Source of the DNA: Raja brachyura | Taxonomy: Eukaryota | Assembly (NCBI GenBank): GCA_963514005.1 | Contig: OY740786.1 | Location: 110,732,001-110,796,000 of the forward strand | Reading direction: 5' to 3' | Length of the DNA: 64,000 bases | The notes under the pieces: generated by a model | Seen by the model: only the letters and a program-made list of their open reading frames with translations | Told to the model about the DNA's origin: nothing | Databases searched by the model: none | In this document: positions 24,182 to 37,532 of the stretch, in pieces | How the letters are laid out: each line of letters begins with the position of its first letter | Numbering within the stretch: position 1 is the stretch's first letter | Position numbers and translations under genes: made by a program

Positions 24182-25955
24182 AGTCTGGTGAAGGGTCCCA
24201 ACCTGAAACTTCCCTCCAGAGATGCCGTCTGACCCACTGAGTTACTCCAGCTTTTGTGTCTATCTTTGGATTTAGCATTGATTGGAAGAACAGACTCAAC
24301 TCACCAGCAGGAAATTAATACTCATTGACATCCACAACCATGAGAATGTGAGAAGCAATGCTTCTGTACTATTAATAGACATGCAGCAGAAGCAAAATTA
24401 TACTAAATACATCCATATCTAACTCTTCATTGCTTCATTCTAAGTGAAGTAGTATGCTCTCATATTTAATATTGTATCCTGAATCTAGCTGCTCATTAGA
24501 GGAAATGAAAGACATTCTGAACTTCATGTCAATAAATAAAAAATAATGCTGCATGTTTTAATATCACTGTACTATTCTGTTTGTAATAGAGTTCTTGCCA
24601 TGCACTTACCTGGGAACAAATCTGTTGTGGACCATTATGTATAAATCCTTCACTAATCTTTACAGGGATAAGAGGAGCAAAGGGAAACTCGAAATTGTTA
24701 ATTTTTTTCCCCAAGCCAAACACTATTTCAGAATATAGTTCCCTGTGTTGAAATTGTTCACCCTGGTGACCCTGAATATCAAAACACCAGAATTAAACAT
24801 TTTTGCTGAGATTCTGAAACTGAAATTCTTGGGCAAACAATTAACATTAGGGTTTTTTCATTCATATATTGCTGTGCAGATTCCAGGTATTTTACAGTAA
24901 ATTGCTTGTGGTTACCGATTTCTTATATTAGCATGTTAATTCCTTTTGTGCTCAATCTCAGCTACATCTTTTGTTAATTGCCAAGACCTTAGGCAATAAT
25001 TAGGCTTTTCCTTTACAATTAGTGATTGAATTGTAGACAGCAAATCCTTTTGCATTTTAACGAGGATAGAAATTTAGCATGCAGCATTTTCCTGCGGAGA
25101 CTTCCGTTTACACCTTAAGTGATTAACGTGTGAAATAAGCTGCCATCCATCTTGGCTCTATCTTCCTGTTTTATTCCCTTAGCACATTTATGCACAAGGA
25201 AATCATCCTTTTTATCTTCCAAGTTTGTATAAATGCAGAGAGCTATTAACTCAATATGAATTGTCGAAGGAAAATAACAGCTGATTCAACAAAAGAAAGC
25301 TGCCTGCACACAATGTTTCGGATCACAACGGCAAGAGGTGGAATTGGAACAGAATGTAGTGAAAATAAATACAGAATATCAGAAACCATGGGTGATGTTT
25401 TAAGTGGAGACCTTTCTTCAGACCCGAAACGTCACCCAGTCCGTCGCTCCAGAGATGCTGCCTGTCCCGCTGAGTTACTTCAGCTTTTTGTGTTTATCTT
25501 TGGTGTAAATCAGCATCTGTAGTTCTTTCCTACACTTATCAAAAACCATAAAGTTTCCATATTTTGTTGAAGAATTGAATGAGATTTTGCTGATTTTTAT
25601 CCACAGGGTGTGGCTAGGTTTTAGATTTCCCACATTTGCACTGGAGTCCAAATCTATTGGCCGAACCCTGCCAGTGTTCTGGAAGAACGCCACCACTCAA
25701 CTCCACATGGAGATCAATGGTAGAACAAGAGTCTGTGGCAATGTCCCACATCTCAGATCCTGTTCCCGTCAATGGAAATTGTAGCATTGTATCGAGGAAA
25801 TAGGAGAATAGGGCAAGTTATCTAATTTGTGTCGGAAGGAAGTGCAGATGCTGGTTTACACCAAAGATAGACACAAAAATGCTGGAGTAACTCAGCAGGA
25901 CAGGCAGCATCCTGGAGAGAAGGAATGGGTGACGTTTTGGGTCAAGACCCTTCTT
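24182..25955. mobile_element. three separate Penelope-like-derived repeats (24182-24268, 25389-25535, 25828-25955)
   Basis: Each matches the family consensus, e.g. gacccgaaacgtcaccc...gagatgctgcctgtcccgctgagttac. Intervening DNA is unique. Confidence 0.6.
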
Positions 25956-26289
25956 AAGAAAGGTTATCGCACTTCTTTATTATTTGGATTTGGTTTCTTA
26001 TTTTTGAACACTTAGAACATAAAACAGTATAGCACAGGAACAGGCCCTTCAGCCCATATCTGTGCCATAATGGTTTTAAGTGTTTTCAGTTGTTTACCCC
26101 TTTTTCTCATTGAAAAATATTAATAATATTCAAATAGTTTATAATTATTTCATTTGTAGACGTCCTCCAAGAATTAGGGCAGTGTTCTGTTCCTGAGGGC
26201 TGTTCCAAACTCGAACGGTCCGCAAGTCAGAATGTGGCCACTTGGCAATGTATTTTTATAAAAACATGGGCCAAATAAAACCAATATGT

Positions 26290-26620
26290 GGGAGAAGGCA
26301 GGAGAATGGGGTTGAGAGGGAAAGATAGATCAGCCAAGATTAAATTGGGGAGTAGATTAGATGGGCCAAATGGCCTAATTCTGCTCCTATGTCTTATGAA
26401 AAAGACCAGGTCAACTCTCCCCATGACCTAGTCAATATTTATCTCTCAAACAACACCAGTAAAAAAGATTTACTGAGCCATTATTTCAGTGATTTGGTGC
26501 TGCATATAAATCAGCTGATATCTTTTCTGCAATATGAACATGATCACATTTCAATTGAAGTTCACTGACTGAAATCACTTCCAACCTCTCTGTCCAGTGT
26601 CATGAAAGGTTTGAAAGGTA
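26290..26620 (+). mobile_element. CR1 tail (26290-26397) followed by DeuSINE-like 3' half, ending about 80 bp from the exon 2 donor
   Basis: gggccaaatggcctaattctgctcctatg; ctctccccatgacctagtcaatatttatctctcaaacaacacc. Confidence 0.5.
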
Positions 26621-26699
26621 TCTTCTAATTTTTCTTTGTGCTCACGGTTCATTACATTTTCCTTATTCCTAGACAAATACTGTAAGTTGCAATACTTAC

Positions 26700-26983
26700 A
26701 AATAATATAGTAGTCTTCATGTTTTCTGAATTCCAGTCCCCAGAGGTTAGGGCTGAATTCCTGAAACTTGATGGTAAACTTGACATCTTGATCTGGCTTG
26801 TTGCAATTGAGTAAAGGTGTGGGGCTGAGCACAGCGTTGCAGTTGTCTGCTTGATCTTTTGACACCATATATAGTTTAAAGTATTCATACTGTCCCGTAA
26901 TCCTGGAGTCCACCTTGGGGCAGATAATATCAAGCTTGTCTCCTATTTGTGGGAACATCACCAATCCTTTACTAGGTAGAAAC
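26700..26983 (-). CDS. efnb2: ephrin-B2 coding exon 2 (ephrin receptor-binding domain)
   Basis: Acceptor ttattttcag, donor gtaagt, 284 nt. Encodes [40 protein letters not shown]...[43 protein letters not shown] is characteristic of EFNB2 and [10 protein letters not shown] matches the B2/B3 G-H loop. Lies within ORF 26575..27048. Confidence 0.96.
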
Positions 26984-28574
26984 CTGAAAATAAAAGCACA
27001 AGAGTGGTGCACATCAATAAATATGACATCACTTGCCAAAGAGCACAAATATTCAGTTTCACACGTTTTTTAATGCCAGGAAGTTGGAACTTGATAAGTG
27101 ACTGGCTGCAATAACATATTACATGGTGGTGTGGTGTCAAATGAAAGCAAAGGAAAATCTTTTTTATTGATCTTTCTTTGTTAGACAATTTCCCTTTTAA
27201 ACTATCAACTCCACAATCATGTTCTAAAAACATAACTTCCAAAAAATAAATGACTTATTTTCCTGAATTCTAATTGCCATGTTATTAACTGTACCAAAAT
27301 GAGAAAACATTGTAGTTTATTGAATCATTTAAAATATTTCAAACTTGATAACAGATTCCCTTTGTAATGCGTGTTAAGCTAAAGGTACATAGTTCACTTA
27401 GTTTGCTTAGAACAGAAGGTAAGAGCACAGTCATAATAAAATAATTACATAAAAAGGCTTAATCCAAGACATTTTACAAATTGTTATAAAGGTCCAGCAT
27501 TGTGCAATTTATTTTATTCAGAAAAGTACATCCAATTTTGGAGGTTGATTTGTCTTGGTGATTTATACTCATACTTCCATTTGCCACATTCATATCTCTA
27601 CACCATCACTAATCCTTGCTCTGAGATATATTTGCTGCAGTTAATACTCAGAAGCAGCTCCTTAAATTCACAGCGGCCGACACAATAGTCCGAGGCTCAG
27701 AACTAAGTGCCTTTGTCCCGTGAAGCTGATAGATGTTTACACAGCATCTAACCAAATGTACACAGGGCCAAACATGAAACATGAAGGAACAACTTGCCAT
27801 TAAGAAGCATGTATACTAATTAGTCATTTTCTAATTGATCTCTCCTATGAACTAACTTGCAGGTTAAAGGATTTTCTGAGGTGGCCTGAAAGGAATCATC
27901 TCCTCTAGTGTATCTCTATTTGGCTTTAGAGGGAATGGCAGTGAAATTATTAACATGTAAAACAAGTTGTCTTTACTATTTCCTAAATCTGTAATTTTAC
28001 GCAATGAAGCAGGGGCACAAATTTCACTCTTCTTTTGTATCATTGTATCCTGAACTTGGATGTCTCCTTATTCTTGTGATCTCCCCCAGTATTACAAAAC
28101 CCTAATATCTCTGCACTTTTTCAAATGTGACCTCTATTATTCCCCTGATTTCAAATAGCCTAATATTGATGGTTAACTTTTGGGAATATTCCTTCCTAAC
28201 TGTTTCTTTACTTTTTTGTAAAGAAAATTCTTAACCTTAACCCTTTGAATAACATTTCCCAATATTTGCAGTCCATTGCCAGATTCTAATGAAGTGTCTA
28301 GCGATGTTTTATTCTCTTAGATGCATTTTATGTCAGCCCTGTGCATCGCCTTCACTGGGGAAATCAAGAGCAAGAATGCGCCACCACTCAAACGACACAT
28401 CCAAGGCATAATGCTGGGTGTGGAAAGGCCAATTGCACGTCCCGCTGTCTGGGTTGTGAGGACTGATATAAACTGATGAAAACAACGCTCCCTGCAAACA
28501 CCACCTAATCTTATTTGATGAAACTACAGGAGCATACGGGGATGTGCTATCTGAACATGTAAAGCCCATGTAAG

Positions 28575-29480
28575 ACCATATAACCATATAACAATTACAG
28601 CACGGAAACAGGCCTTCTCTGCCCTTCCTGTCCGTGCCGACCATTCATTTTCCCCTAGTCCCATCTACCTGCACTCAGACCATACCCCTCCATTCCCTTC
28701 CCGTCCATATACCTATCCACTTTACTTTTAAATGTTAAAATCGATCCTGCCTCCACCACTTCTGCTGGAAGATCATTCCACACAGCCACCACTCTCTGAG
28801 TAAAGAAGTTCCCCCTCATGTTACCCCTAAACGTCTGTCCCTTAATTCTCATGTCATGCCCTCTTGTTTGAATCTTCCCTACCCTCAATGGGAAAACCTT
28901 ATCCACGTCAACTCTGTCTATCCCTTTCATCATTTTAAAGACCTCAATCAAGTCCCCCCTTAACCTTCTGTGCTCCAAAGAATAAAGACCTAACTTGTTC
29001 AACCTTTCTCTATAACTTAGTTGCTGGAACCCAGGCAACATTCTAGTAAATCTCCTCTGTACTCTCTCTATTTTGTTGACATCCTTCCTATAATTAGGCG
29101 ACCAAAATTGTACACCATACTCCAGAATTGGTCTCACCAATGCCTTGTACAATTTTAACATTTCTTCCCTACTCCTATATTCAATGCTCTGATTTATAAA
29201 GGCCAGCACACCAAAAGCTTTCTTTACCACCCTACCTACATGCGATTCCACCTTCAGGGAACTATGCAGTTATTCCTAGATCCCTCTGTTCCACAGCATT
29301 CCTCAATTCCCTACCATTTACCATGTACATCCTATTTTGATTTATCCTGCCAAGATGTAGCACCTCATACTTATCAGCATTAAACTCCATCTGCCATCTT
29401 TCAGCCCACTCTTCCAAATGGCCCAAATCTCTCTGTAGACTTTGAAAATCCACTTCATTATCCACAGCACCACCTATCTT
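28575..29480 (-). mobile_element. 5'-truncated CR1 LINE, relatively young subfamily
   Basis: 198-aa uninterrupted C-terminal ORF2 (VRPILEYGVQFWSP...FFTQRVVAVWNDLP) plus upstream QRDLGHLEEWAERWQMEFNADK; (accatata)n tail. Confidence 0.92.
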
Positions 29481-31230
29481 ATGAACGTGAACTTGAACTA
29501 AAACCCATGGGCTGATATTGGCATGTTATCCTGAACTATTGGGTTCAGCATTGGTTTCTGTTGATAACTGTAACATGTGTATGTTGTTTACTTAGTGGGA
29601 AACTCAAGTTTAACTATCAGTTTTGTTTTAAGATGCAATATCTTTGCATTCCATTAACAATTGCAAATCCCAATGTATTTCTCTGTGAAATTATCCAATG
29701 AAGCAACTACATTTCATGGATTATTTTTCATCTTGTAACTCGAGTGGAATTGATTTGTGATATTGTGACCAAATATATTTGACCTAAATCATTGCTGCAG
29801 CTATGTTACAAGAAAATCTAATTCTGAATATTTTTGTAGGAGAAAATTTCGCTTAGATTCAATATATTTAAAATTAATTTGTGAGAAAGAGGAATGCCTG
29901 AATTGATACAAGATTAAGGTATTCTAGTCTGAGAAATATGCTGAACACATTAATTTTATATCGCATGGGAGACTCATATTGCCAAGGACATGGGAGGATT
30001 CATTGTCATTAATGTTATGCTCAATAATTTTTAATTATTCCTTTAGCCTGACACACTTACACTTTCTTTAAAGTGGAGGATTCAATCTGCTATACTGAAA
30101 CTCAGCTTCTGACAAGATGATAGGAACCACATGCAGACAGAAACCGAGTCAGAGATAGCATCTTCCAACAAAGAAGGAGATTAGTTGACAGGTTATATGT
30201 GTTTTTTAACACCTGAGGTAGCAAAACAAAAACCCTGGCATTCAAACTACACAACAAAAGAATCCTCAGCACTGCCTTGATCAGAAATATGGACACATGC
30301 AAAAGTCACTATCATATTTATTTTTCCAAAAGTTGCTTCTTGGAAAAACAATCAGCAGTGGCCTTGCATTGATTACGTTACTCTATCCGATGCTATAATT
30401 GGTTTACAGGTACATCAATTTTGCATAATTAAATCAAGCTGCTTGCTCACCTTTACAATACACAATCATGTGCTGACTAAATCACTTAGCAATCACATTA
30501 TTTCAAGATTGTTAATTCTAATAATATGTAAACTAAAAAGAAGCCATTAAGGATAGCAACACAAGAGATTACTTTGGACATTTCTAAACTTCTGTTTTGC
30601 TTTAAAGATTGAATTCAAGATGCAATCAAGCCTTATATTAAATAGATTATCACACTAGTATAATGCCAAATCAGAAAATATGGATTTCTAATTCCTAGCC
30701 ACCTCGAAATCCATTAAAACTGCTCAAAGAAACTCATACACGTTATTCTGGGATGGGAAGCTCAGAAGGGCAGAATGAGGAAGTTCTAATCTGCCCTGCA
30801 TGATCATAAGTGCCCTTTGACTCTGGTTATATAATTTGGTTCTACGTAAGGCATGGGGCTGGGGTGAGGCTGCTAAGGCTTTAAATAAATTTACAATGTT
30901 AACGTGGAATTGAACGGGTCACCACAGCTCCTTTGTGATCACAGTTATTTTATCATTCCTTGATACTTACTAATCGGCCTAAGAACAATATTTGCCAATG
31001 GCTCACGTTTTATTGTCCCTTGTTTGCTATTTTGCTTACAACTGATTTTTCAGAGAGCAAAAGATTCCAGTAAATTTTCAGTGGTTTGAGAGTTCATGCC
31101 TGAATTCTGGTATTAAAATTGAACCTGAACTGGTTTTCATGCCAGTCTCCTCTCTCTTCTGAAGGGAGATATGTGATATAGGGCTATGTGATACAGGGCT
31201 TGGACACACTTACCTAGTTTATATCTAGAT

Positions 31231-31345
31231 CAGTCTGAAGAAGGTAGACACAAAAAAAGGGTCTCGACACGAAATGTCGCCCATTCCTTTTCTCCAGAGA
31301 TGCTGCCTGTCCAGCTGACTTACTTCAGCATTTTGTGTCTATCTT
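31231..31345 (+). mobile_element. Penelope-like-derived repeat
   Basis: cagtctgaagaagg[insert]agggtctcgacacgaaatgtcgccc...; flanked by acctagtt duplication. Confidence 0.65.
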
Positions 31346-33456
31346 TAACCTAGTTCATAGTTGCGTGGACACAGCACTAAAACCTGGCACACACTGGCAT
31401 TAAACTGCCAACTGGCAAAGCCAGGGAAACAAAAAGCACAGCCGGCTCTGGAAAGTGTCAAATGCATGCTAGTGAAGCAGTAAGTGCTCTTTAAAAAGAC
31501 ACATTACTGAAGCACAGTGCTGGGTATTATGTCCACTCAGAGGCAACGTCAATATAATACTGAATTACAGAAAGGGATAAAGAGCACCATGATAGGACGT
31601 TGGTATTACTCAGCTTGACTTAGGTAACACAATTGCCAAAACATAAACTACAATAACAATTGGTGAAAGTTTTAAAATTATTTTGCCAAAAACTGTCATA
31701 ATGATTGGTGGGAGGTTAAAGTCTTACATGATGTTTGTGCAACACTGGCAAAGTAGGTATTGCCACTGTTTAAAAATAGCCACCTAACTTGTGTTAAAAA
31801 TCACGTGCTTCCAAAAGAGACTTGGCATGGAAGTACCTTCAGCTTACTTCACCTAACACCACATCCTGGCCTTAGATATCTGTAACAGTATCTGCCTCCA
31901 CCTCCTCCTCTGGCAACAGGTGCCAAATATTCACCACCCTCTGTGAAAAATGTACCCCTCAGACCTTCTCCAAACCACTGAACTAATATTCTACTCTTTT
32001 TTTAAAGGGAATTCTTGGTTGCAGAGAAAATGGAAAATGATTCAGCCAAGGACTAAATGGTACTGATCTGATTCTCTGGTGGAATAATTTTTTGTCTTTA
32101 AGATGTTCATCTCTTTTAAAAGGTGATTTAAGTAATTTTAAGACATCATTTTGAAAGACGGTACTGTTCTTAACACAAAAGTAGAAATTGTGCACCACCT
32201 GTGAATCTAAAATTCTCGTGCAAATTTCTCTCTGCTTAGGTTTCTCATTCATAAATCTTCAGTTCCTGCAGTCATTTTAACATTCTCTATTAATGTTTAA
32301 CCCTGTTAACTATCAGGCCTTGCCCTGTCTGTGATCAGCTTCTTGTCAATGTGTGATTTGGACTTGGAGCAATCACCACTGGTATTGATCACAATCTGTT
32401 TGATAGTTAAGAATGTTAGATAGATAGTTAAGAATGAAATGTCAAAAAAGCAAATCCTATTTTTAGACTTTACTGGTGGAGGTCTATCCAAGGAGCTAAT
32501 TATTTAAAACTGTTAAAATAAATCTGTAATCACCTTTTATTCTTCCCAGTTATCCTTCAAATGTTCCGTACTTATAATTTAGGCTGTCATTTCATTTCTA
32601 CGATGTTTTTAAATATTCAGACTACATGTGCAATATATTATTTTAATTGTGTAGGAAAGAACTGCAGATGCTGGTTTTAATCAAAGGTAAACACTAATAT
32701 ATTGATTTGATCACAAGAAGAAAAAAAATTATATTACAAAAAAAATTCTTACTGATTATTATTGGTAATTTTATTTAGAATCATAGAGGAAGTGCATTTC
32801 GTTATATAGTTGGTTGTTAAAGCAGCTAGTTGCCATTCCTGCAGTTCATTTTTGTGGAAAATTACCATGGATCTGCAATTACCAGACTTCAATTATGAAA
32901 GTTTTGAAGATGCTAGAAAAATATGCATTATGCTAGAAAAATATGCATTATCCTTCCTGAGATTTTACTTAACGTTTTGTAGCATTCATGGTGGTCAGAT
33001 GTATTCACTTTGGCAAAGGCAATGAATACCTCAACATTGATCCCAGCAGATAGACTGCCTAGTTCTCATTAGTGTCAAGCGAGCATATCCTAGATGACTA
33101 ACCAGCTCTTCAATATACATTTTCAATACAGATTTATGAACTGCACATATAATGGCAATTATTAGACATGAAAACATGGTTTTGAATAGCAACAAGGCCC
33201 TAAACCTAATGACATAAACTCTCTTGCACCAAAACAATGTTATAAACTGACAATAAAATGTCAATTGAGGAAATCTGAAGATTTTACATGTTTCTAACTT
33301 ACATGTGTTTCTGTCATGTTTTCTGCCAATTCTATAAAACAGTTTTATTAACATTGTTCCACTCACACTAGTCAATAGCACAGTACCATTTCCTCAACCT
33401 GCTCTAGATCTATGCAGTAGATGAAACTTAGAGCTAAATTACTACTCATTAATCCA

Positions 33457-33592
33457 ACACAAAGTGCTGGAATAATTCAGTGGTCAGGCAGCATATCTGG
33501 CGGTCATGGATAGGTGATGATTCGGGTCAAGAACATTCTTCACGCTGAAGCACTTTTTTAATGTAAGATTCAGCATCTGCAGTTCCTTGTGT
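33457..33592. mobile_element. decayed fold-back Penelope-like-derived repeat
   Basis: cacaaagtgctggaataattcagtggtcaggcagc...ttcgggtcaagaacattcttcacgctgaag...cagcatctgcagttcc. Confidence 0.55.
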
Positions 33593-33666
33593 TTACTACT
33601 CATGAAATTTTATATGCTTTAAAAGGAAATTCTTACTTCCACATGCAAAGTTGTACATGATTAAGA

Positions 33667-33888
33667 TAGAAACATAGAAAATGGATGCAGGAGGAGGCCA
33701 TTCGGCCCTTCAAGCCAACACCACCATTCATTGTGATCATGGCTGATCATCCACTATCAATAACCCATTCCTGCCTTCTCCCCATATCCCTTGATTCCAC
33801 TAGCCCCCTAGAGCTCTATCTAATTCTCTCTTAAATCCATCCAGTGACTTGGCCTCCACTGCCCTCTGTGGCAGGAGATTCCACAAAT
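33667..33888 (-). mobile_element. CR1 3' end
   Basis: tagaaacatagaaa tail and ggccattcggccc hairpin. Confidence 0.85.
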
Positions 33889-33957
33889 GATTGAATGTAA
33901 AATTGTTTAAAGAAACTGAAGAACAGTCATGGCTGGTTTCAAACTATAATTTCTTAT

Positions 33958-34077
33958 ACGGCAGCGGTAGAGTTGCTGCCTTGCAGCACTTGCAGGTCTA
34001 GAGACCCGGGTACAATACCGACTACGGGTTCAGTCTGTACGGAGTATGTACATTCTCCCCGTGACTGTGTGGGTTTT
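33958..34077 (+). mobile_element. tRNA-derived SINE 5' head, cut off by a CR1 insertion
   Basis: gcagcggtagagttgctgcc...agagacccggg...tacattctccccgtgac. Confidence 0.65.
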
Positions 34078-35234
34078 AGAAACATAGAAACATAGAAATT
34101 AGGTGCAGGAGTAGGCCATTCGGCCCTTCGAGCCTGCACCGCCATTCAATATGATCATGGCTGATCATCCAACTCAGTATCCTGTACCTGCCTTCTCTCC
34201 ATACCCCCTGATCCCTTTAGCCACAAGGGCCACATCTAACTCCCTCTTAAATATAGCCAATGAACTGGCCTCAACTACCTTCTGTGGCAGAGAATTCCAG
34301 AGATTCACCACTCTCTGTTTGAAAAATGGTTTTCTCATCTCGGTCCTAAAAGATTTCCCCCTTATCCTTAAACTGTGACCCCTTGTTCTGGACTTCCCCA
34401 ACATTGGGAACAATCTTCCTGCATCTAGCCTGTCCAACCCCTTAAGAATCAGTCTGGTGATTCCTGGGATGTCAAAACTGTATGCAATACTCCAGGTGTG
34501 GTCTCACCAAGACCCTGTACAACTGCAGTAGAACCTCCCTGTTCCTATAGTCAAATCCTTTTGCTATGAATACCATTCGCTTTCTTCACTGCCTGCTGCA
34601 CCTGCATGCCTACTTTCAATGACTAGTGTACCATGACACCCAGGTCTCGTTGCATCTCCCCTTTTCCTAATCGGCCACCATTCAAATAATAGTCTACTTT
34701 CCTGTTTTTGCCACCAAAATGGATAACCTCACATTTATCCACATTATACTGCATCTGCCATGCATTTGCCCACTCACCCAGCTTATCCAAGTCACCTTGC
34801 AGCCTCCACAGCTAACACTGCCCCCCAGCTTCGTGTCATCCGCAAACTTGGAGATGTTGCATTCAATTCCTTTGTCCAAATCATTAATATATATTGTAAA
34901 TACCTGGGGTCCCAGCACTGAGCCTTGCGGTACCCCACTAGTCACTGCCTGCCATTGTGAAAAGGACCCGTTTACTCCTACTCTTTGCTTCCTGTCTGCC
35001 AGCCAGTTCTCTATCCATATCAATCCTGAACCCCCAATACCATGTGCTTTAAGTTTGCATACTAATCTCTTATGTGGGACCTTGTCGAAAACCTTCTGAA
35101 AGTCCAGATATAACACATCCACTGGTTCTCCCTTATCCACTCTACTAGTTACATCCTCGAAAAAATTTATAAGGTTCATCAGACATGATTTACCTTTCGT
35201 AAATCCACGCTGACTTTGTCCAATGATTTCACCT
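34078..35234 (-). mobile_element. CR1 LINE with internal deletions
   Basis: [35 protein letters not shown]; (tagaaaca)n tail. Confidence 0.92.
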
Positions 35235-35458
35235 GATTTTCTGATTTTCTGATTTTCCCCGAATGAAAGATCTTACCAATATTTCTGCATTTTCCTGGAC
35301 CTTGATTCTTCGGGTCCATTTTCACAATTGAATATAATCTAATGTGAAAAATTCAGGCAATTTTGCCGTTGATACTGATTGGCAAACAAAGTGGAGACTT
35401 CCTCATTTCAATTTGTGCTCGTCCAGGAGACACTAGATGGGAACAGATCCTCTACTAA

Positions 35459-35708
35459 GAGGTAGACAAAAATGCTGGAGAAACTCAGTGGGTGAGGCAG
35501 CATCTATGGAGAGAAGGAATAGGCAAAGTTCTCCTCCTCTCTCCCTTCGATTTTTCCAGCATCTGTAGCTCTTTCTTAAACATTTCATCTACTCCACTGC
35601 GAAATCTCCTCAAGGTATGTCTACTTTGAAGAAGTTCTCCTCCTCTGTCCGAACTTTCGATTTTTGTCTAGCGTCGATTTTTCCAGCATCTGCAGTTCTT
35701 TCTTAAAC
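35459..35708. mobile_element. rearranged Penelope-like-derived repeat
   Basis: gtagacaaaaatgctggagaaactcag... and two copies of cgatttttccagcatctg; flanked by ctacta.gaggt duplication. Confidence 0.55.
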
Positions 35709-37532
35709 AACCCTACTATGAGGTGCTCTTTAGTCATAATGCTAGGAAACTCACAGGTGGTAAATCTCGGTTATTTGTGAAATTCAAAGCCATGGGGCCA
35801 CATTTCTGCTTGGCAGACTCATAGCTATGTTGTCACACTAACTTACAAACATATTTTAATTCACTTATTGATATTACATTTAGATTTACAAGTCATGCTG
35901 ATATCAAATTTCCAAGCACTGCAAATAAACTGAGCTCATAACTGTGAAGAAATGACTTAGGGGATAACAACAAACCTTGATAAGAGTGATTGAATCTAAT
36001 TGTAAAAAGTTTGGAACTTTTTCAAACACGGCCAATACATCATAAACTGGTGCATAATTTGGTAAGAATTGCAATAACAATGAATTGAGATGCATCACTA
36101 ATGTGCTGCACATGTCATTTCTATTATAAAGCTAGGTCTACCTAAACCAGAACTGACAGAGTAAATGGAAGGATTCCTCACTGCAGTCTTTTCTCACATC
36201 TAGTCATGTTCTCAGGTATCCTTTTGGCCCAAAGCCAATTGAAAATTAGAGTTCTTTTTCGAGAAAACACAACTGAATTATTTTGCCAATCATGATAAAA
36301 GATTTCAACAAGTACATTTGGAGCTTTCAAAACCGTGCTTTGATGTAAAAGACTCCTAGAACTTGTACAAAACAAGAAACTGAAATTATATTGGCTGTCG
36401 TCCAAGTTTTCATTCCTTTTTTCTCTAGTTTGTAAGAACTATAAGTTGGCAAAGGGGAAACAAAATAGAACTATTTAAACTGTTGAGGCACCAACCCAAC
36501 TACCACTGAAACATGCTCCAGAAACTTATAATAGATCGCTAAGGGTTTGTGATAAGGGCACAGTACTTCTGAAAGGAAGCCAGATACTTAGCGGAAAAGC
36601 TCTGAATTTGTCACATGAACTAATTGTTATCCATACTATAAAATTGAAAGCATCATATCAATTTAAAATATTTGTTGTTTGCAAAAAATGTTTCTTTACA
36701 ATCTATGCAGAGAGGCAAATAATTCCAAGTAAACTTCACTCTGTTTTTTTCAAAAAACGAATTCAGTAACCTAGAGGTAGGATTTTAGTGGACGTGTTCT
36801 GCAAACATATACCCAGCCTAATGGGCTGATGGAGAAAGGGCCCAGACAGGATTTCAGCACTCTCAGCATCTCCAAGCTACAATCTGGCAGAGGTCCCAAG
36901 CCCTAGACTGTGAAGTGGTGGCTGCTGAAATGACTCTATGTTTACCTTGTTGAGTTATGATACAATTACTTCATACATTGACTGTCAACAGTTAGAATAC
37001 AAATTAAGTTCCAGCGGTGAGACAAAAAGATCTCAAAATCCAAGAGAATGCATTGATATAAATCATTTATATAAATTAATATTACAACAACAGATCAAAG
37101 ATAAGTGGTTACAGAAATTAAATTTACTACATGTCCTTAGATAAACACAGTCATTACTCCTAGAATTCTGCTTTCTTAAATTGATCTAGCAAACCAAACT
37201 GCTTATTTTACTGTGCTTATCAGGTCAATAAAGACCAACTGCTTGAAATTCACAGGGGGCTTCAGCTCTCCAAGATTAGTGCTTGATATAATTTGCATTT
37301 GATGGTAAAGTCTTTGAACAACTGAATGATACATAAAACAGCGTTGAATCATAATAGCTAATTTCTACTTTAAATGTGCGAATATCTTAGACACGAACCA
37401 ATCCAGCTTTTAAACAATGTACAATATCTGTGTGTCCAAACATATTTTAAAACATTTTATATTGACTGCTGATTTTGTTCAATATTCAACATTTAGTTGT
37501 TTTACTGTAAGATGACTTCATATTTTACATAT

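Noticed and set aside
22938-24237. Long ORFs containing X runs
   Set aside because: Artefacts of translating through N gaps.
26575-27048. 157-aa ORF as a stand-alone gene
   Set aside because: Only 26700-26983 is ephrin-like and bounded by splice sites; the flanks are intronic read-through.
28655-29251. 198-aa ORF as a host gene or domesticated RT
   Set aside because: It is the C-terminus of CR1 ORF2 in a 5'-truncated copy lacking the catalytic core and promoter.
33958-34077. tRNA gene-like A/B boxes (also near 7020 and 45370)
   Set aside because: These are SINE heads that continue into SINE body sequence and do not form a full cloverleaf.
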